Origin: a virus
Lineage: Duplodnaviria > Caudoviricetes
DNA length: 64,000 nucleotides
Strand: one strand, 5' to 3'
IMG/VR virus record: IMGVR_UViG_3300033120_000761
Coordinates: 22,554 to 86,553 of that record
Part shown: positions 53,662-63,246 of the stretch, in pieces
Numbering within the stretch: the first letter of the stretch is position 1
How the letters are laid out: every line of letters begins with the position of its first letter
Position numbers and translations under genes: made by a program
The notes under the pieces: generated by a model
The model's database searches: none
What the model saw: only the letters and a program-made list of their open reading frames with translations
What the model was told of the DNA's origin: nothing

Positions 53662-54204
53662 ATGTCAAAAGCGCCAGAAAAAAAATCAGTTATCAAAGCT
53701 ACTTCTCTACTTGAAAAATTCGACCGTCACTTCGGGAACAAACATAAGTTCAACGAAGAGGAAGAGGAAGTAAAAAAAGACGGTGAAGAGGAAGTAACTG
53801 AAGAGGAAGAACTGGATGCTGAAGGTAATCCAATCAAGAAAGAAGGCGAAGCAGACGAAGATATCGATGCCGCTGGTGATGCTGGTAAAGGTGTTATCGG
53901 AGTAATTGAATCTCTAATCGCTGACGACAATTCTTCTGATATGGAAAAGCAAAAAGGTATGTGTGATAAACTTTCTCAGGTTGCTGAGTCAGAAGAACCA
54001 CAATCAAACGCTTTCATGGAAGCACTTGACGATGCTATGAGTTCAATGGAACTTCAAGCAAAAGATCCAACTAACGAAGACCAAGATGCTGAATATTTAT
54101 ATGTATTCCAACCAGAAAAATTCAAAGCAATGGGTGAAGCCCGTAAGAAAATTTCTGAGGCAAAAAAGAAAGATAAGAAAAAAGCTCCTGTAAAAAAGAA
54201 GTAA
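53662..54204 (+). CDS. acidic virion-module protein
   Basis: ATG 53662 after GGAGG; E/D-rich with basic tail. Confidence 0.65.
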   Translation: MSKAPEKKSVIKATSLLEKFDRHFGNKHKFNEEEEEVKKDGEEEVTEEEELDAEGNPIKKEGEADEDIDAAGDAGKGVIGVIESLIADDNSSDMEKQKGMCDKLSQVAESEEPQSNAFMEALDDAMSSMELQAKDPTNEDQDAEYLYVFQPEKFKAMGEARKKISEAKKKDKKKAPVKKK

Positions 54205-54210
54205 TTAATA

Positions 54211-54240
54211 TCTCCCCAGGAAACTGGGGAGACTCTTTAT
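54211..54240 (+). terminator. hairpin terminator
   Basis: TCTCCCCAG-GAAA-CTGGGGAGA perfect stem, weak U tract. Confidence 0.65.
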
Positions 54241-54251
54241 AAGTTGGTTAA

Positions 54252-54935
54252 ATGAGTCTACCGAACTATCCAAACAGTCACCAAGATGTTGTATCAACAG
54301 CGACGCACGTTCTGGAAGTGTTCGAGAGATCAATTACGGATGAAATGCCAGGAATCAATATCATTTACGATGAGCAATTATCGTATGAGACGGGTATGAA
54401 GGCACTAATCGCAAAGTACAACTATAATAAAAATGAAAATAAGAATTTAAAAAATCCTGTTTTTATCTACAATAGAACTGTGATGAGAAATGTTCTGGAT
54501 GGTGTTGCTCAGAGGTTGAATAACTTCACTTCTACGCTTCGATTAGCTAGTGGTGAAACAGTATCATATACTGCTACATCTTCTGAGTTTGATATTCAAT
54601 TTTTGTTCGCAACGAAGGATATTGAAACTCAAGAACGATTCGAAGTGGCCTACCAATCTGAGGAAGGAATCACGGGTAATAAAGAGCTCATCGTAAAGTG
54701 TGGCGATAAGGTAGGGGATTTTAAGTACTTCCTTAAATGGGGAGAGTTGACAGAGAAGACGATTGAATTTGAAGATTTATATTTCAAAGGCATAATCGGA
54801 AGCTTGGTTGTTAGAGGCCTATTTTTTGTATTCCGAGGGAAGGCTTCTGTTATTGAATCTCTTCGTCTTAGAATTTATCTAACGAATAAGCTAAATGAAC
54901 CGCAACAATTAATATTAGAAGAAGTAATCGACTGA
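54252..54935 (+). CDS. putative tail terminator / tail completion protein (gp15-like)
   Basis: position upstream of sheath; size and beta-rich pattern. Confidence 0.45.
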   Translation: MSLPNYPNSHQDVVSTATHVLEVFERSITDEMPGINIIYDEQLSYETGMKALIAKYNYNKNENKNLKNPVFIYNRTVMRNVLDGVAQRLNNFTSTLRLASGETVSYTATSSEFDIQFLFATKDIETQERFEVAYQSEEGITGNKELIVKCGDKVGDFKYFLKWGELTEKTIEFEDLYFKGIIGSLVVRGLFFVFRGKASVIESLRLRIYLTNKLNEPQQLILEEVID

Positions 54936-54945
54936 GGGTAATATC

Positions 54946-55248
54946 ATGGCAGAAAAAAGAAATGATGTAAAAGTAGCTTTATTAGATGGAAACGTAGTCG
55001 AGGAAACTCCAACTATCTCCCCTAAACAAGCGTTAGATAGTGCTGTTAAGAAAAGTGAGCTGGTTCAGGCAGAAGATAAGCCCGTTAAAAAAGGCTTATT
55101 AATCTCTGTTGTCGACTATCCTCAGACAATTGATTACGGTGACGCGAAGATCCGATTATCTGGACGAGCGAATGAACCCGTTAATGACATTTCGAAGCTC
55201 GGTGAATTAGCAAAATTACCAAAAGGTGTTAAACTAAAGGTATTATAA
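54946..55248 (+). CDS. hypothetical protein
   Basis: 100-aa ORF, GAGGG RBS. Confidence 0.65.
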   Translation: MAEKRNDVKVALLDGNVVEETPTISPKQALDSAVKKSELVQAEDKPVKKGLLISVVDYPQTIDYGDAKIRLSGRANEPVNDISKLGELAKLPKGVKLKVL

Positions 55249-55290
55249 TTCACAAATTTTTATCCAGAATATTATCCGGGGGTTTTTAAT

Positions 55291-56877
55291 ATGGGAGCAG
55301 CTGCTGTAAAACTAAAAGAAATCGATCTCTCAACAAGAGTCGCGTCTTTTGAAGGTGTATATGGGGCAATGGTTATTCCGGCGAAAAAAGGGCCAACAGA
55401 TCGTCCGTCATTAGTGACAGGCGATACTCAATTCCTTAATCGCTTCACACCAGATGCTACGGTAGGGGTAGGTTTCGATATCTCTCACTACTCTGCACTT
55501 GCTTATCTTGAGAGATCAAATAAGCTGTGGATTCAAAGAGCAACAAACGGCGCTACTTTCTCGGGACTTGTATTAATGCAAGCTTCTGCAGTAGGAGCAA
55601 ACGCTGGTATCGCTACTGGATCAAATATGGTTGATCCTTCAGCAAGAACTTGGGGAGCAGACGATACAATCCTACTTTACGGTTCATCTGTTGGTGGTTG
55701 GTCAAAAGATATCGCTGTAAAAATTGCAACGATTACTTCTAAGCCAGCTTTGATTGAGCCAAACTCAATTGAGATCCAAGTTTTTAAGAAAACTAATTTA
55801 AACGTACCTGTTGAGACTTTCTTAGTTTCAAGAGTTCAAGGCCAAAAAGATGGTCGTGGTAGAAATATGTTTATCGAAGATGTTCTTGAATCATCGAATT
55901 ACATTCGTGGTTTATCGAACGTTTTAATCGCAAATACTGTTCTTCCAAAAGTTCAGGCAACTGCGCTGTATATGACTGACGGTGCTGATGGAACTGCTGC
56001 AACTGACTCTACAATGGTAGCTGCTGCAAATAAATTCAGATCACCTTCACAAGTTCCTGTTACTATCCTTATGGATGGTGGATATGCAACTCCGGCTTAC
56101 CAAGTGGCCCTTGATACAATTGCTAACTTGAGAATGGATTGTGTTGCGATCTTATCAACTCCTTATGAAGCAGAAGTAGATTCTGACTACATGAACGCGT
56201 TGACTGATTATAGAAAGACGACTCTGAACCTAAATAGTTCATACTCAGCTCTTTATACACCTCACTTACAGATCCAAGATCGTTTCAACGATAGAACTAT
56301 TTGGACAGCACCAGATGGTCACGTTGGTGGATCTATTTCTCTAGCTGCAAACCAATATGAAATTTGGTATCCTGCTGCTGGTTTCAAGCGCGGTGTTTTA
56401 AACGTTCTTGATACAAGAGTTCGTTTTGAAGAGGGAGAGCTGGATCTATTAACAGATGCAGGAATCAACCCGATCAGATTCATCTCTGGAAAAGGGATTG
56501 TAATTTGGGGTCAAAAAACTCTTCTAGCTAGAGCTTCTGCTTTAGACAGATTGAACGTAAGATTGATGTTAATTGTTATCGAGCCAGCTATTAAAGGACT
56601 TCTAGAAAACTTCCTTTTCGAGCTTAACGATGATTCTACAAGATCAATTATTGAGACAAAGATCGAATCATACCTACAAGTGATTAAAGCTCGTAAAGGT
56701 ATCACGGACTTTGATGTTGTTTGTGATGATTCAAACAATTCTCCTGAAGATGAGATTGCAAATAGACTTAACGTAGATGTTTACATTAAACCAATGTACT
56801 CTATCGAAGAGATCCCTGTTCGCATTGTCATTACTCCATCTAATATTAGTTTTTCTGACGCTCAAGCAGCGGCTTAA
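55291..56877 (+). CDS. tail sheath protein (T4 gp18-like)
   Basis: EIDLST N-terminus, WYPAAGFKRG, GINPI, WGQKT, RLNVRLML, FELND, VCDDSNN motifs. Confidence 0.95.
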   Translation: MGAAAVKLKEIDLSTRVASFEGVYGAMVIPAKKGPTDRPSLVTGDTQFLNRFTPDATVGVGFDISHYSALAYLERSNKLWIQRATNGATFSGLVLMQASAVGANAGIATGSNMVDPSARTWGADDTILLYGSSVGGWSKDIAVKIATITSKPALIEPNSIEIQVFKKTNLNVPVETFLVSRVQGQKDGRGRNMFIEDVLESSNYIRGLSNVLIANTVLPKVQATALYMTDGADGTAATDSTMVAAANKFRSPSQVPVTILMDGGYATPAYQVALDTIANLRMDCVAILSTPYEAEVDSDYMNALTDYRKTTLNLNSSYSALYTPHLQIQDRFNDRTIWTAPDGHVGGSISLAANQYEIWYPAAGFKRGVLNVLDTRVRFEEGELDLLTDAGINPIRFISGKGIVIWGQKTLLARASALDRLNVRLMLIVIEPAIKGLLENFLFELNDDSTRSIIETKIESYLQVIKARKGITDFDVVCDDSNNSPEDEIANRLNVDVYIKPMYSIEEIPVRIVITPSNISFSDAQAAA

Positions 56878-56890
56878 TTAGGAGATAGTT

Positions 56891-57421
56891 ATGGCTAAAA
56901 TTAGCATTGATGAATTAAGAGCACTGCCTGACTATGCTCAAGTGACAAAATGGAATCTCGATTTCGTTACGCTTCCAGGAGTAGGGCCTTTGGCATTTCC
57001 TATTTCTAATGCGCTTAACTTAAGAGCAGAATCTATCGAAGTCCCAAAAGCTTCTAACCAGAAGTTTGAGGTAATGACTCGTGGGCATAAAGTTATGCAA
57101 TCGGGTATCCTTGATTATGGAAACACAATCAATATTACTTTCACGGAAACTGTTGATAGCACTATCTTTAAGCTTGTAAAAGCTTGGAGAGATATGTGTT
57201 GGGCACCAAGAACTGGTAGATCGTTCTCTAAGGCTGACTTAGAAGCTACGATCCTACTTACTCTATTGGATAACCAAGATGTTGCTAGAGCAAAATATAC
57301 TCTTTATGGGTGTATTTATGAAGCTGACGATATGGGAACTTTAGATGGTTCTACTTCGGATGCAATGAAGCCGTCTTTGACGCTTTCATTCGACTTTTTC
57401 GTAGACGCTCCGTTAACTTAA
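56891..57421 (+). CDS. tail tube protein (T4 gp19-like)
   Basis: 176 aa directly after sheath; TFTETVD, LLDNQD, LYGC...LDGS...LTLSFD. Confidence 0.8.
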   Translation: MAKISIDELRALPDYAQVTKWNLDFVTLPGVGPLAFPISNALNLRAESIEVPKASNQKFEVMTRGHKVMQSGILDYGNTINITFTETVDSTIFKLVKAWRDMCWAPRTGRSFSKADLEATILLTLLDNQDVARAKYTLYGCIYEADDMGTLDGSTSDAMKPSLTLSFDFFVDAPLT

Positions 57422-57429
57422 ATTCAAAT

Positions 57430-57470
57430 AATAATCCGGCCCGGAGAAATCTGGGTCTGATTATTTTCTT
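57430..57470 (+). terminator. terminator after tail tube
   Basis: long stem with GAAA loop followed by TTTTCTT. Confidence 0.7.
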
Positions 57471-57554
57471 TAATCTTGTTGATCTGCCTTAATTTGGTTA
57501 AACTTTTCAATAAGACTCATTTCTCTAATCAATCATTTTTAATCAGGTGGAATC

Positions 57555-58223
57555 ATGCCTTTTGGACTACCCAATATTGAACAATCGATTTCCGGCTTTC
57601 TGGAAGGAAATAAAGGAATCACTGCGGTTCGTTCGGTTGAATTTGATAAGAAATATTTATGGGTTTTAGATTGGGTTACTAATGGGGTTCATCAACCTCC
57701 GGCCCCCTTTGATGATCTATTCCCGGCCAATGATGTAACTATGCCTTTTGCGGTCGTAGAATCTAATTCGATTCAATTACCTCAAACTTCTATGAAGTAC
57801 GCAACCGGATCTGGTCAAAAAGAAATGACCATTACTTTCTACGACGATCAAAAAAGAACATTATTAACTTGGCTCTCAGATTGGGTGAATTTAGATATCC
57901 AAAATGATGGTCGATTTATGAGTGGTATTCATGATAACCACGGACTTATTACGGAGGTTGATTCTTTCGGTAAGCAAAGAAATGTTAAACCCGTCAGGAC
58001 GCTTCGTTTAGCCCTATTAGACGCATTCAAAGATGAAGTTCAAGCATTCCAATTAGAAGTTTATCCCGATGGCCCTATCGATTGGAATGGTGCTCAGGCA
58101 TCGGATGCTCAGATGTATACGGTAAATTTTGTTATCGTCTCAAGCGTGAGTGAAAAAGATCTATCGAAATTTAATTTATTCTCTAAGCAAGGTGTATTAG
58201 AAAGCCTTGGAAGATTTATTTAA
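57555..58223 (+). CDS. tube-like baseplate protein (gp48/gp54-like)
   Basis: ITFYDD motif shared with tube fold; position. Confidence 0.55.
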   Translation: MPFGLPNIEQSISGFLEGNKGITAVRSVEFDKKYLWVLDWVTNGVHQPPAPFDDLFPANDVTMPFAVVESNSIQLPQTSMKYATGSGQKEMTITFYDDQKRTLLTWLSDWVNLDIQNDGRFMSGIHDNHGLITEVDSFGKQRNVKPVRTLRLALLDAFKDEVQAFQLEVYPDGPIDWNGAQASDAQMYTVNFVIVSSVSEKDLSKFNLFSKQGVLESLGRFI

Positions 58224-58235
58224 GGAGTCAAGTCA

Positions 58236-59105
58236 ATGCAAAGTCAAAACGAATCTATCAACGCTTTACCATGGGTCACAGTCGAATGTTCTAAACTTCC
58301 ATCTCGCGGATTACCTTATCCAAAAGGGGCAAAAGTTAAATATAGAACTTATACTCACGGGGAAGTTCGAAATGCCTCTATCTCATCTTTTGAAACATCG
58401 AATGCTTTAGAAATGGCACTTGCCGGTATTGAAGCAGAAGGTTTTCAAAAGAATAAATTAACTCTCCAAGATGTTTTTTATCTGGGATTGCTAAGAAAAG
58501 CCTCAACTATGAACGGAATGCAGATGGAAATCCCTTTTCATTGCAAAGCTTGTGGGGCCGCGAGTAAGAAAGTTTTCTCAGAAAGAGATATTGAGTTCCA
58601 AGATATCGATGAATCAGTTGAAGAGCTTCCTATTGAAGCCGATATTGGTGGAAAATCTTTATTATTCACTCCTATTTCTGTTCAACAATTCATTGATTTT
58701 GAGCGCGGAGTTTATAATCAATTTACTAAAGATGGTAAGCCCGATGCTGTTGGCGTTGAAGCAATCATGATTACAAATTTGAAATTTTCAGATGCTTATA
58801 AACATCTTTATGAATTAACTAATCAAGACGATTTAGATGTTTTAGATGAAGTTGATAAATTGCTTATGCACGATATTAAAAATCTAGAAGCTATTTGTAC
58901 GAATGCTTTAGAAGATAAGACTATCTGTAATCAAAAAAACTATATTCGCCTTGAAGGAAGGGAGGGACTGCTTCGACCCTTTCGTGAGGGAGAAGGATCT
59001 GTTAGAGCTAGAGTTCGCACTAGCAAAAAACAACATAGTGAACCCGTACCAGATCCAGTTCCTGGAGTTCACGCAGGTGATGGGGCTTCACAAAAGGTTG
59101 AATAA
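58236..59105 (+). CDS. baseplate hub / tail assembly chaperone (T4 gp26-like)
   Basis: LPSRGLPYP N-terminal motif, CKAC and distal Cys; precedes tape measure. Confidence 0.7.
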   Translation: MQSQNESINALPWVTVECSKLPSRGLPYPKGAKVKYRTYTHGEVRNASISSFETSNALEMALAGIEAEGFQKNKLTLQDVFYLGLLRKASTMNGMQMEIPFHCKACGAASKKVFSERDIEFQDIDESVEELPIEADIGGKSLLFTPISVQQFIDFERGVYNQFTKDGKPDAVGVEAIMITNLKFSDAYKHLYELTNQDDLDVLDEVDKLLMHDIKNLEAICTNALEDKTICNQKNYIRLEGREGLLRPFREGEGSVRARVRTSKKQHSEPVPDPVPGVHAGDGASQKVE

Positions 59106-59145
59106 ATATTTAACTGAAGAGGCAAAAGCCCGAAAGGAATTATAA
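58951..59145 (+). CDS. small overlapping chaperone ORF (gp51 / T-like)
   Basis: +1 frame ORF overlapping the end of 58236 and abutting the tape-measure ATG; start uncertain. Confidence 0.5.
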   Translation: MKEGRDCFDPFVREKDLLELEFALAKNNIVNPYQIQFLEFTQVMGLHKRLNKYLTEEAKARKEL

Positions 59146-61020
59146 ATGGCTAATGAGAATAAATCAGTTGAGGATACTTTAAAAGAGTTCAAGAATCTTG
59201 AGTTCTTATCCTCAATTATGAGTCATGTAAAAAATATCGACGGATATGCCCAGGACTCTCTTTTAGAAGAAATGGTTCAGAATGAGAACTTGGAAAAGTT
59301 ATCAGGAACTATTTTGATCATGAGAAAAGAAATCAAACAGGGTTTTGCGGATCTTTCTTTTGCTAGAAACGATGCAAAGCCTTTTAAGAGTGATTTATCT
59401 CAAGGGCCTAAAGATATCGATGTAGAATACGTCAACTTATCTGATAAATCCCTCGCTGTTATGAAAGGATTCTCTACTGCTGAATCAACTGATGTTGGAG
59501 AGTATTTTATTCCTATGGTTTCTCAGGGTGATCGATTGCTTGCCTTAACAGAAGAGATCAAAAATCAATTAGTAAAAACAAATACGATAAATACTGAATT
59601 AACTGATCTGACAGATGCTGAAGTTTATCAGCAAAAAACTACCTATTACATGACTAAGCAAGCGAAGGATATCGAAGGTATCTATCAATTGTTAAAGGGT
59701 GATCAGGTTGGAGTAGGTACTTCATCTCAATCAATGAAAGATATTGATAAAAATGGAACTGAAATTAAGGGTAATGGTATCTTCGATAAAGTTCTTAGCG
59801 GATTAGGTTTAAAGCCTGTTTGGGAAGGTCTTAAGAAGGCATTTAACGCCGTTACCGGAACGATTGATAAGATCTTCTCGCCTGTAACAAATGCTCTTAA
59901 AAAGGGTTTTGCTTGGATTGGGACTAAGGCTTCTGGAATTTTTAAAAAGGTTATAGGTAAGATAGCTGATTCTAAAATTTGGAAGAAATTTGCTGGAACT
60001 AAAATTGGTGGTGGGTTAATAAAGGCCGCTGGTAAATTAGGTAAATTTTTAGGCCCTCTAGGAAAGCTTGCAGGCAAGGCCACTAAATTCATTCCTGGTA
60101 TTGGGCAGATTATTACTGTTGCAACTTCACTGTGGTCATTCACAGATGGATTACAAAATGCAGATAAGATCGTAGGTAAAGCAAAAGATAAGCTTTCTTA
60201 CGCAGAAAAAGTCGGAGCGGGTCTTGCCGGAATGGTAGAAGATTTATCATTCGGACTTTTAGATGCAAAACAGGTCTATGGTTGGATTGAAAAAGCATCT
60301 TCAATGGTATCTGATACTGCCTCTATGATTTATTCAACATTCCCATCGGGAGTGAAGGATGCTTTAACTTCAATCAAAGGTGCTTTATTCGATGAGAAAA
60401 AAGGAATCTTCGGTTCTGTAATTACTGGATTCAAAAAAACTATTGATTCATTGATGAATGATGGGCTATGGGAAGGTGTAAAAACTGGATTCTGGTCAAT
60501 CATTAATAATGTAATTGAGATTCCAAAACGTATCATTACCCCTTTATTAGATAAATTATTTAAGGGCGGTATTTTGGATAAGATCGATATGGGGAAAGAT
60601 CTCGTAGGTGGATTAATGGATAAGATGTCGTCTTTCATTATGAATCTAATCGAGATGTATATCACAACTTTATCTGGCGGATTATTAGATACTAAAGCAG
60701 TTAAGAAAGGTGCTTCCGCTGCAATCTCTGCTGTCTCAGGATGGTTTGGGATGGGTGATGATAAGGAAGAGAAAAAAGCAATCGCTGCTACTCCTAAAAT
60801 TCAATCAGCAAATATTGCATCTGTTAATAAAATAATCGATGCTGAGAAAACTAATAATTTAGCTCAGAAGAACTCTTTACCATTAAAGCAGGTTGCTCCT
60901 CAAGTACAGATACCAAATGTAATTGTGCAATCACCAGTTCAGCCAAGAACAGTTGAAAGAAGAACAAAGGCCGGATCTGATACCGTGCTGAATATCAATA
61001 GTGCTGGCGGGAGAAGCTAA
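59146..61020 (+). CDS. tape measure / baseplate hub protein (gp29-like)
   Basis: 624 aa, G/K/A-rich amphipathic repeats, after chaperones. Confidence 0.75.
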   Translation: MANENKSVEDTLKEFKNLEFLSSIMSHVKNIDGYAQDSLLEEMVQNENLEKLSGTILIMRKEIKQGFADLSFARNDAKPFKSDLSQGPKDIDVEYVNLSDKSLAVMKGFSTAESTDVGEYFIPMVSQGDRLLALTEEIKNQLVKTNTINTELTDLTDAEVYQQKTTYYMTKQAKDIEGIYQLLKGDQVGVGTSSQSMKDIDKNGTEIKGNGIFDKVLSGLGLKPVWEGLKKAFNAVTGTIDKIFSPVTNALKKGFAWIGTKASGIFKKVIGKIADSKIWKKFAGTKIGGGLIKAAGKLGKFLGPLGKLAGKATKFIPGIGQIITVATSLWSFTDGLQNADKIVGKAKDKLSYAEKVGAGLAGMVEDLSFGLLDAKQVYGWIEKASSMVSDTASMIYSTFPSGVKDALTSIKGALFDEKKGIFGSVITGFKKTIDSLMNDGLWEGVKTGFWSIINNVIEIPKRIITPLLDKLFKGGILDKIDMGKDLVGGLMDKMSSFIMNLIEMYITTLSGGLLDTKAVKKGASAAISAVSGWFGMGDDKEEKKAIAATPKIQSANIASVNKIIDAEKTNNLAQKNSLPLKQVAPQVQIPNVIVQSPVQPRTVERRTKAGSDTVLNINSAGGRS

Positions 61021-61763
61021 TGGGAGATTTTTTAACCGAGTACGAACGACTTACTCTCCCTACCTCTGACGAAGGTAGAAGATATCGATTCGCTTTAACA
61101 TTCCCTAATGGAAAAGTTCTATATGGAGTTATGTTAAACGAGCTTGCTTTTGGTGGGGGAAATCAGTTTTCATCTACCGGAGCTATTTTGAGAGAAGTTC
61201 CTATTTTGGGAAATGCGCTTGCATTAAAAGATAAGATTAATCCAGGACTTAAATTGGCCGGAAGATCTGCATTCTCAAAAGCTGAGTCTCAGATGGTTTG
61301 GGAAGAATCTAATAAACCAAATTTTACACTAGAGTTTATTTTACTTGCTATGACTAATGCTGAATCGATTGAGAATTTAGATAAAATATCTTTGATTGAA
61401 TCAGCTGTTCTTCCTTCAGATGATGGTGGGGGATTAGTTGCTCCTCTAGGCTATTCTACAAAAGGATCTGGAACGCTAAATTTAACGGTAGGAGCTTGGT
61501 TCAATGCTCGCGGATTAGTCGTATCATCATCATCTTGCACTCCTTCGAGAGCAGTTATGAAAGATGGTAATCCGATGTCTTGGAATGTGACTATCACTCT
61601 TGAGCCATATAGAACTGTGACTATTGGAGAGTTTAAAAAATACTTTCAAAAAGCTCAGATCTTAGATATGGATGAAGCAGCAGAAGCTAAGAGAGAAGAT
61701 CCTAATTTATTCGATAAATTCGTATCTAAAGTAAACGATATTAAAAAAGATATTCTGGGTTAA
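61020..61763 (+). CDS. baseplate / tail tube initiator-like protein
   Basis: position between TMP and gp53-like gene; tube-like fold pattern. Confidence 0.5.
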   Translation: MGDFLTEYERLTLPTSDEGRRYRFALTFPNGKVLYGVMLNELAFGGGNQFSSTGAILREVPILGNALALKDKINPGLKLAGRSAFSKAESQMVWEESNKPNFTLEFILLAMTNAESIENLDKISLIESAVLPSDDGGGLVAPLGYSTKGSGTLNLTVGAWFNARGLVVSSSSCTPSRAVMKDGNPMSWNVTITLEPYRTVTIGEFKKYFQKAQILDMDEAAEAKREDPNLFDKFVSKVNDIKKDILG

Positions 61764-61765
61764 TT

Positions 61766-62119
61766 ATGAGTAATGAAAAAATATTTTATATTAATCTAGG
61801 TATTGAAAATGAAAATCGTTTTGATATCGAAAGATTTATGGAATTTACCGATAACTATGATGTATTAACTTCATCTATTTTAAATGATCTTCAATCTATT
61901 AAGGTTGGTGGTCGTTATACGGTTGAAGGTGATGATGCCAGACCCGATAACGTATCTTTTAAAATTTATGGAGATGTTCAATACTGGTGGATTATCATGC
62001 TTTATAATTCCCTAACCGATGTATCTCAAATTAAAAATGCTATGGAACTTATTTTTCCAGATCAAGATGCTTTAGAGGAATTTTACTTTTCTCTACAATC
62101 TAAGCAAGGAAAGTCATGA
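61766..62119 (+). CDS. baseplate wedge protein (T4 gp53-like, LysM-type)
   Basis: RPDNVSFKIYGDVQYWWIIMLYN. Confidence 0.85.
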   Translation: MSNEKIFYINLGIENENRFDIERFMEFTDNYDVLTSSILNDLQSIKVGGRYTVEGDDARPDNVSFKIYGDVQYWWIIMLYNSLTDVSQIKNAMELIFPDQDALEEFYFSLQSKQGKS

Positions 62120-63246
62120 TCAAGATCAAAGATCAATTTTGTGTATCGATTTCAATCGGAGCGAAGAAAGACTTCATTCTGGTGGAGGATTTAGATGAAT
62201 TTTCAATCACTGAATATTCTGGCGGCCTGTTGCCTACTTATCAATTATCGTTCATTACTAATGATGAGTCAGTACTCGCTATGCTTAATGAAGGTCAAAC
62301 GATCGCAGTTCAATATGGGAAAGACACAAACTCATTAGAAGATACTGTTTTATTTCCCGGAGAAATTAGAACTTCTAAAGAGGGAGATAATAAAAGAGTT
62401 ATTGAGGTTTCAGGCCTTGCTGTTTCTCTATCTTATTTGACTACTCCTTTATCTCTGATCTCGGATAAAATGTCTGCGGTTGAATTAATGATCAAGACAG
62501 CCGAGATTGATTTCCCTAGAGTTTCATCGAATGTTACAAAATCATTAGATTCTCAATATTGGATTCAACCAGGAACTTCGAATAGGGCCTTTATGTCTCA
62601 TCTTATGTTGAGATCTAATATCATGCCTTCATTTATTGCAACAGCTATTCAGGCAAATGGAACTTTCATTATTAAAGATATTGCAAAAGTTATTTCTGAG
62701 AATAAACCAAAATGGAAATTTGTAAGAGGTAAAGAATCAAGTGATTTTATCAATTACGATGCTGATGCGGTAATGACTTCTAGAAATCTTTATTTCAATC
62801 AATGGACGGGTTATCAAAAAGAAAAGAAAGTATTGAACTTTTCTACAGGTAAAATAGATTCAGTTTCTACAGAATTTAAACCATTAATCGCTATGGCAAA
62901 AGAGATCGATAAAGATAGCTCAATCCCTAAAAGATTTAATGGCTTTGAAATAATGAATGATAATGTTCATGAGAACTTCTGGCCTGCTTATGATCATAAT
63001 TTAGTAAATCTAACTCAAATGTCTAAGGTCGCTTATGCTTTATCTTTCCAAGATAGTTATAGAGCAATTGCACCTTTAGATTTAGCTTTCTTAACTGAAA
63101 GAGATACTTCAGATCGCGGAGCTGCCTCTGAATTTACTTCCGGCCTTTACTTTGTAACTAGAATTACAAAATCAGTTCAAGGGGCAAGATATTTAGAAAC
63201 TGCAATTCTTAATAGAGAATCAGTAAATGCAGCGAGGAATACTTAA
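62116..63246 (+). CDS. baseplate hub protein (gp27-like)
   Basis: 376 aa between gp53-like and gp5-like genes. Confidence 0.65.
   Translation: MIKIKDQFCVSISIGAKKDFILVEDLDEFSITEYSGGLLPTYQLSFITNDESVLAMLNEGQTIAVQYGKDTNSLEDTVLFPGEIRTSKEGDNKRVIEVSGLAVSLSYLTTPLSLISDKMSAVELMIKTAEIDFPRVSSNVTKSLDSQYWIQPGTSNRAFMSHLMLRSNIMPSFIATAIQANGTFIIKDIAKVISENKPKWKFVRGKESSDFINYDADAVMTSRNLYFNQWTGYQKEKKVLNFSTGKIDSVSTEFKPLIAMAKEIDKDSSIPKRFNGFEIMNDNVHENFWPAYDHNLVNLTQMSKVAYALSFQDSYRAIAPLDLAFLTERDTSDRGAASEFTSGLYFVTRITKSVQGARYLETAILNRESVNAARNT

Noticed and set aside
6520-58770. Alternative-frame + strand ORFs (6520, 23760, 28880, 33904, 36496, 49609, 58207, 58552)
   Set aside because: Short, nested in conserved genes, no RBS or protein-like composition, unlike 18187
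1392-60665. Most minus-strand ORFs in the track (e.g. 1392, 11469, 25405, 33079, 34488, 42780, 47951, 59727, 60330)
   Set aside because: Antisense shadows of well-supported + strand genes, Ser/Phe/Ile-rich, no RBS or motifs
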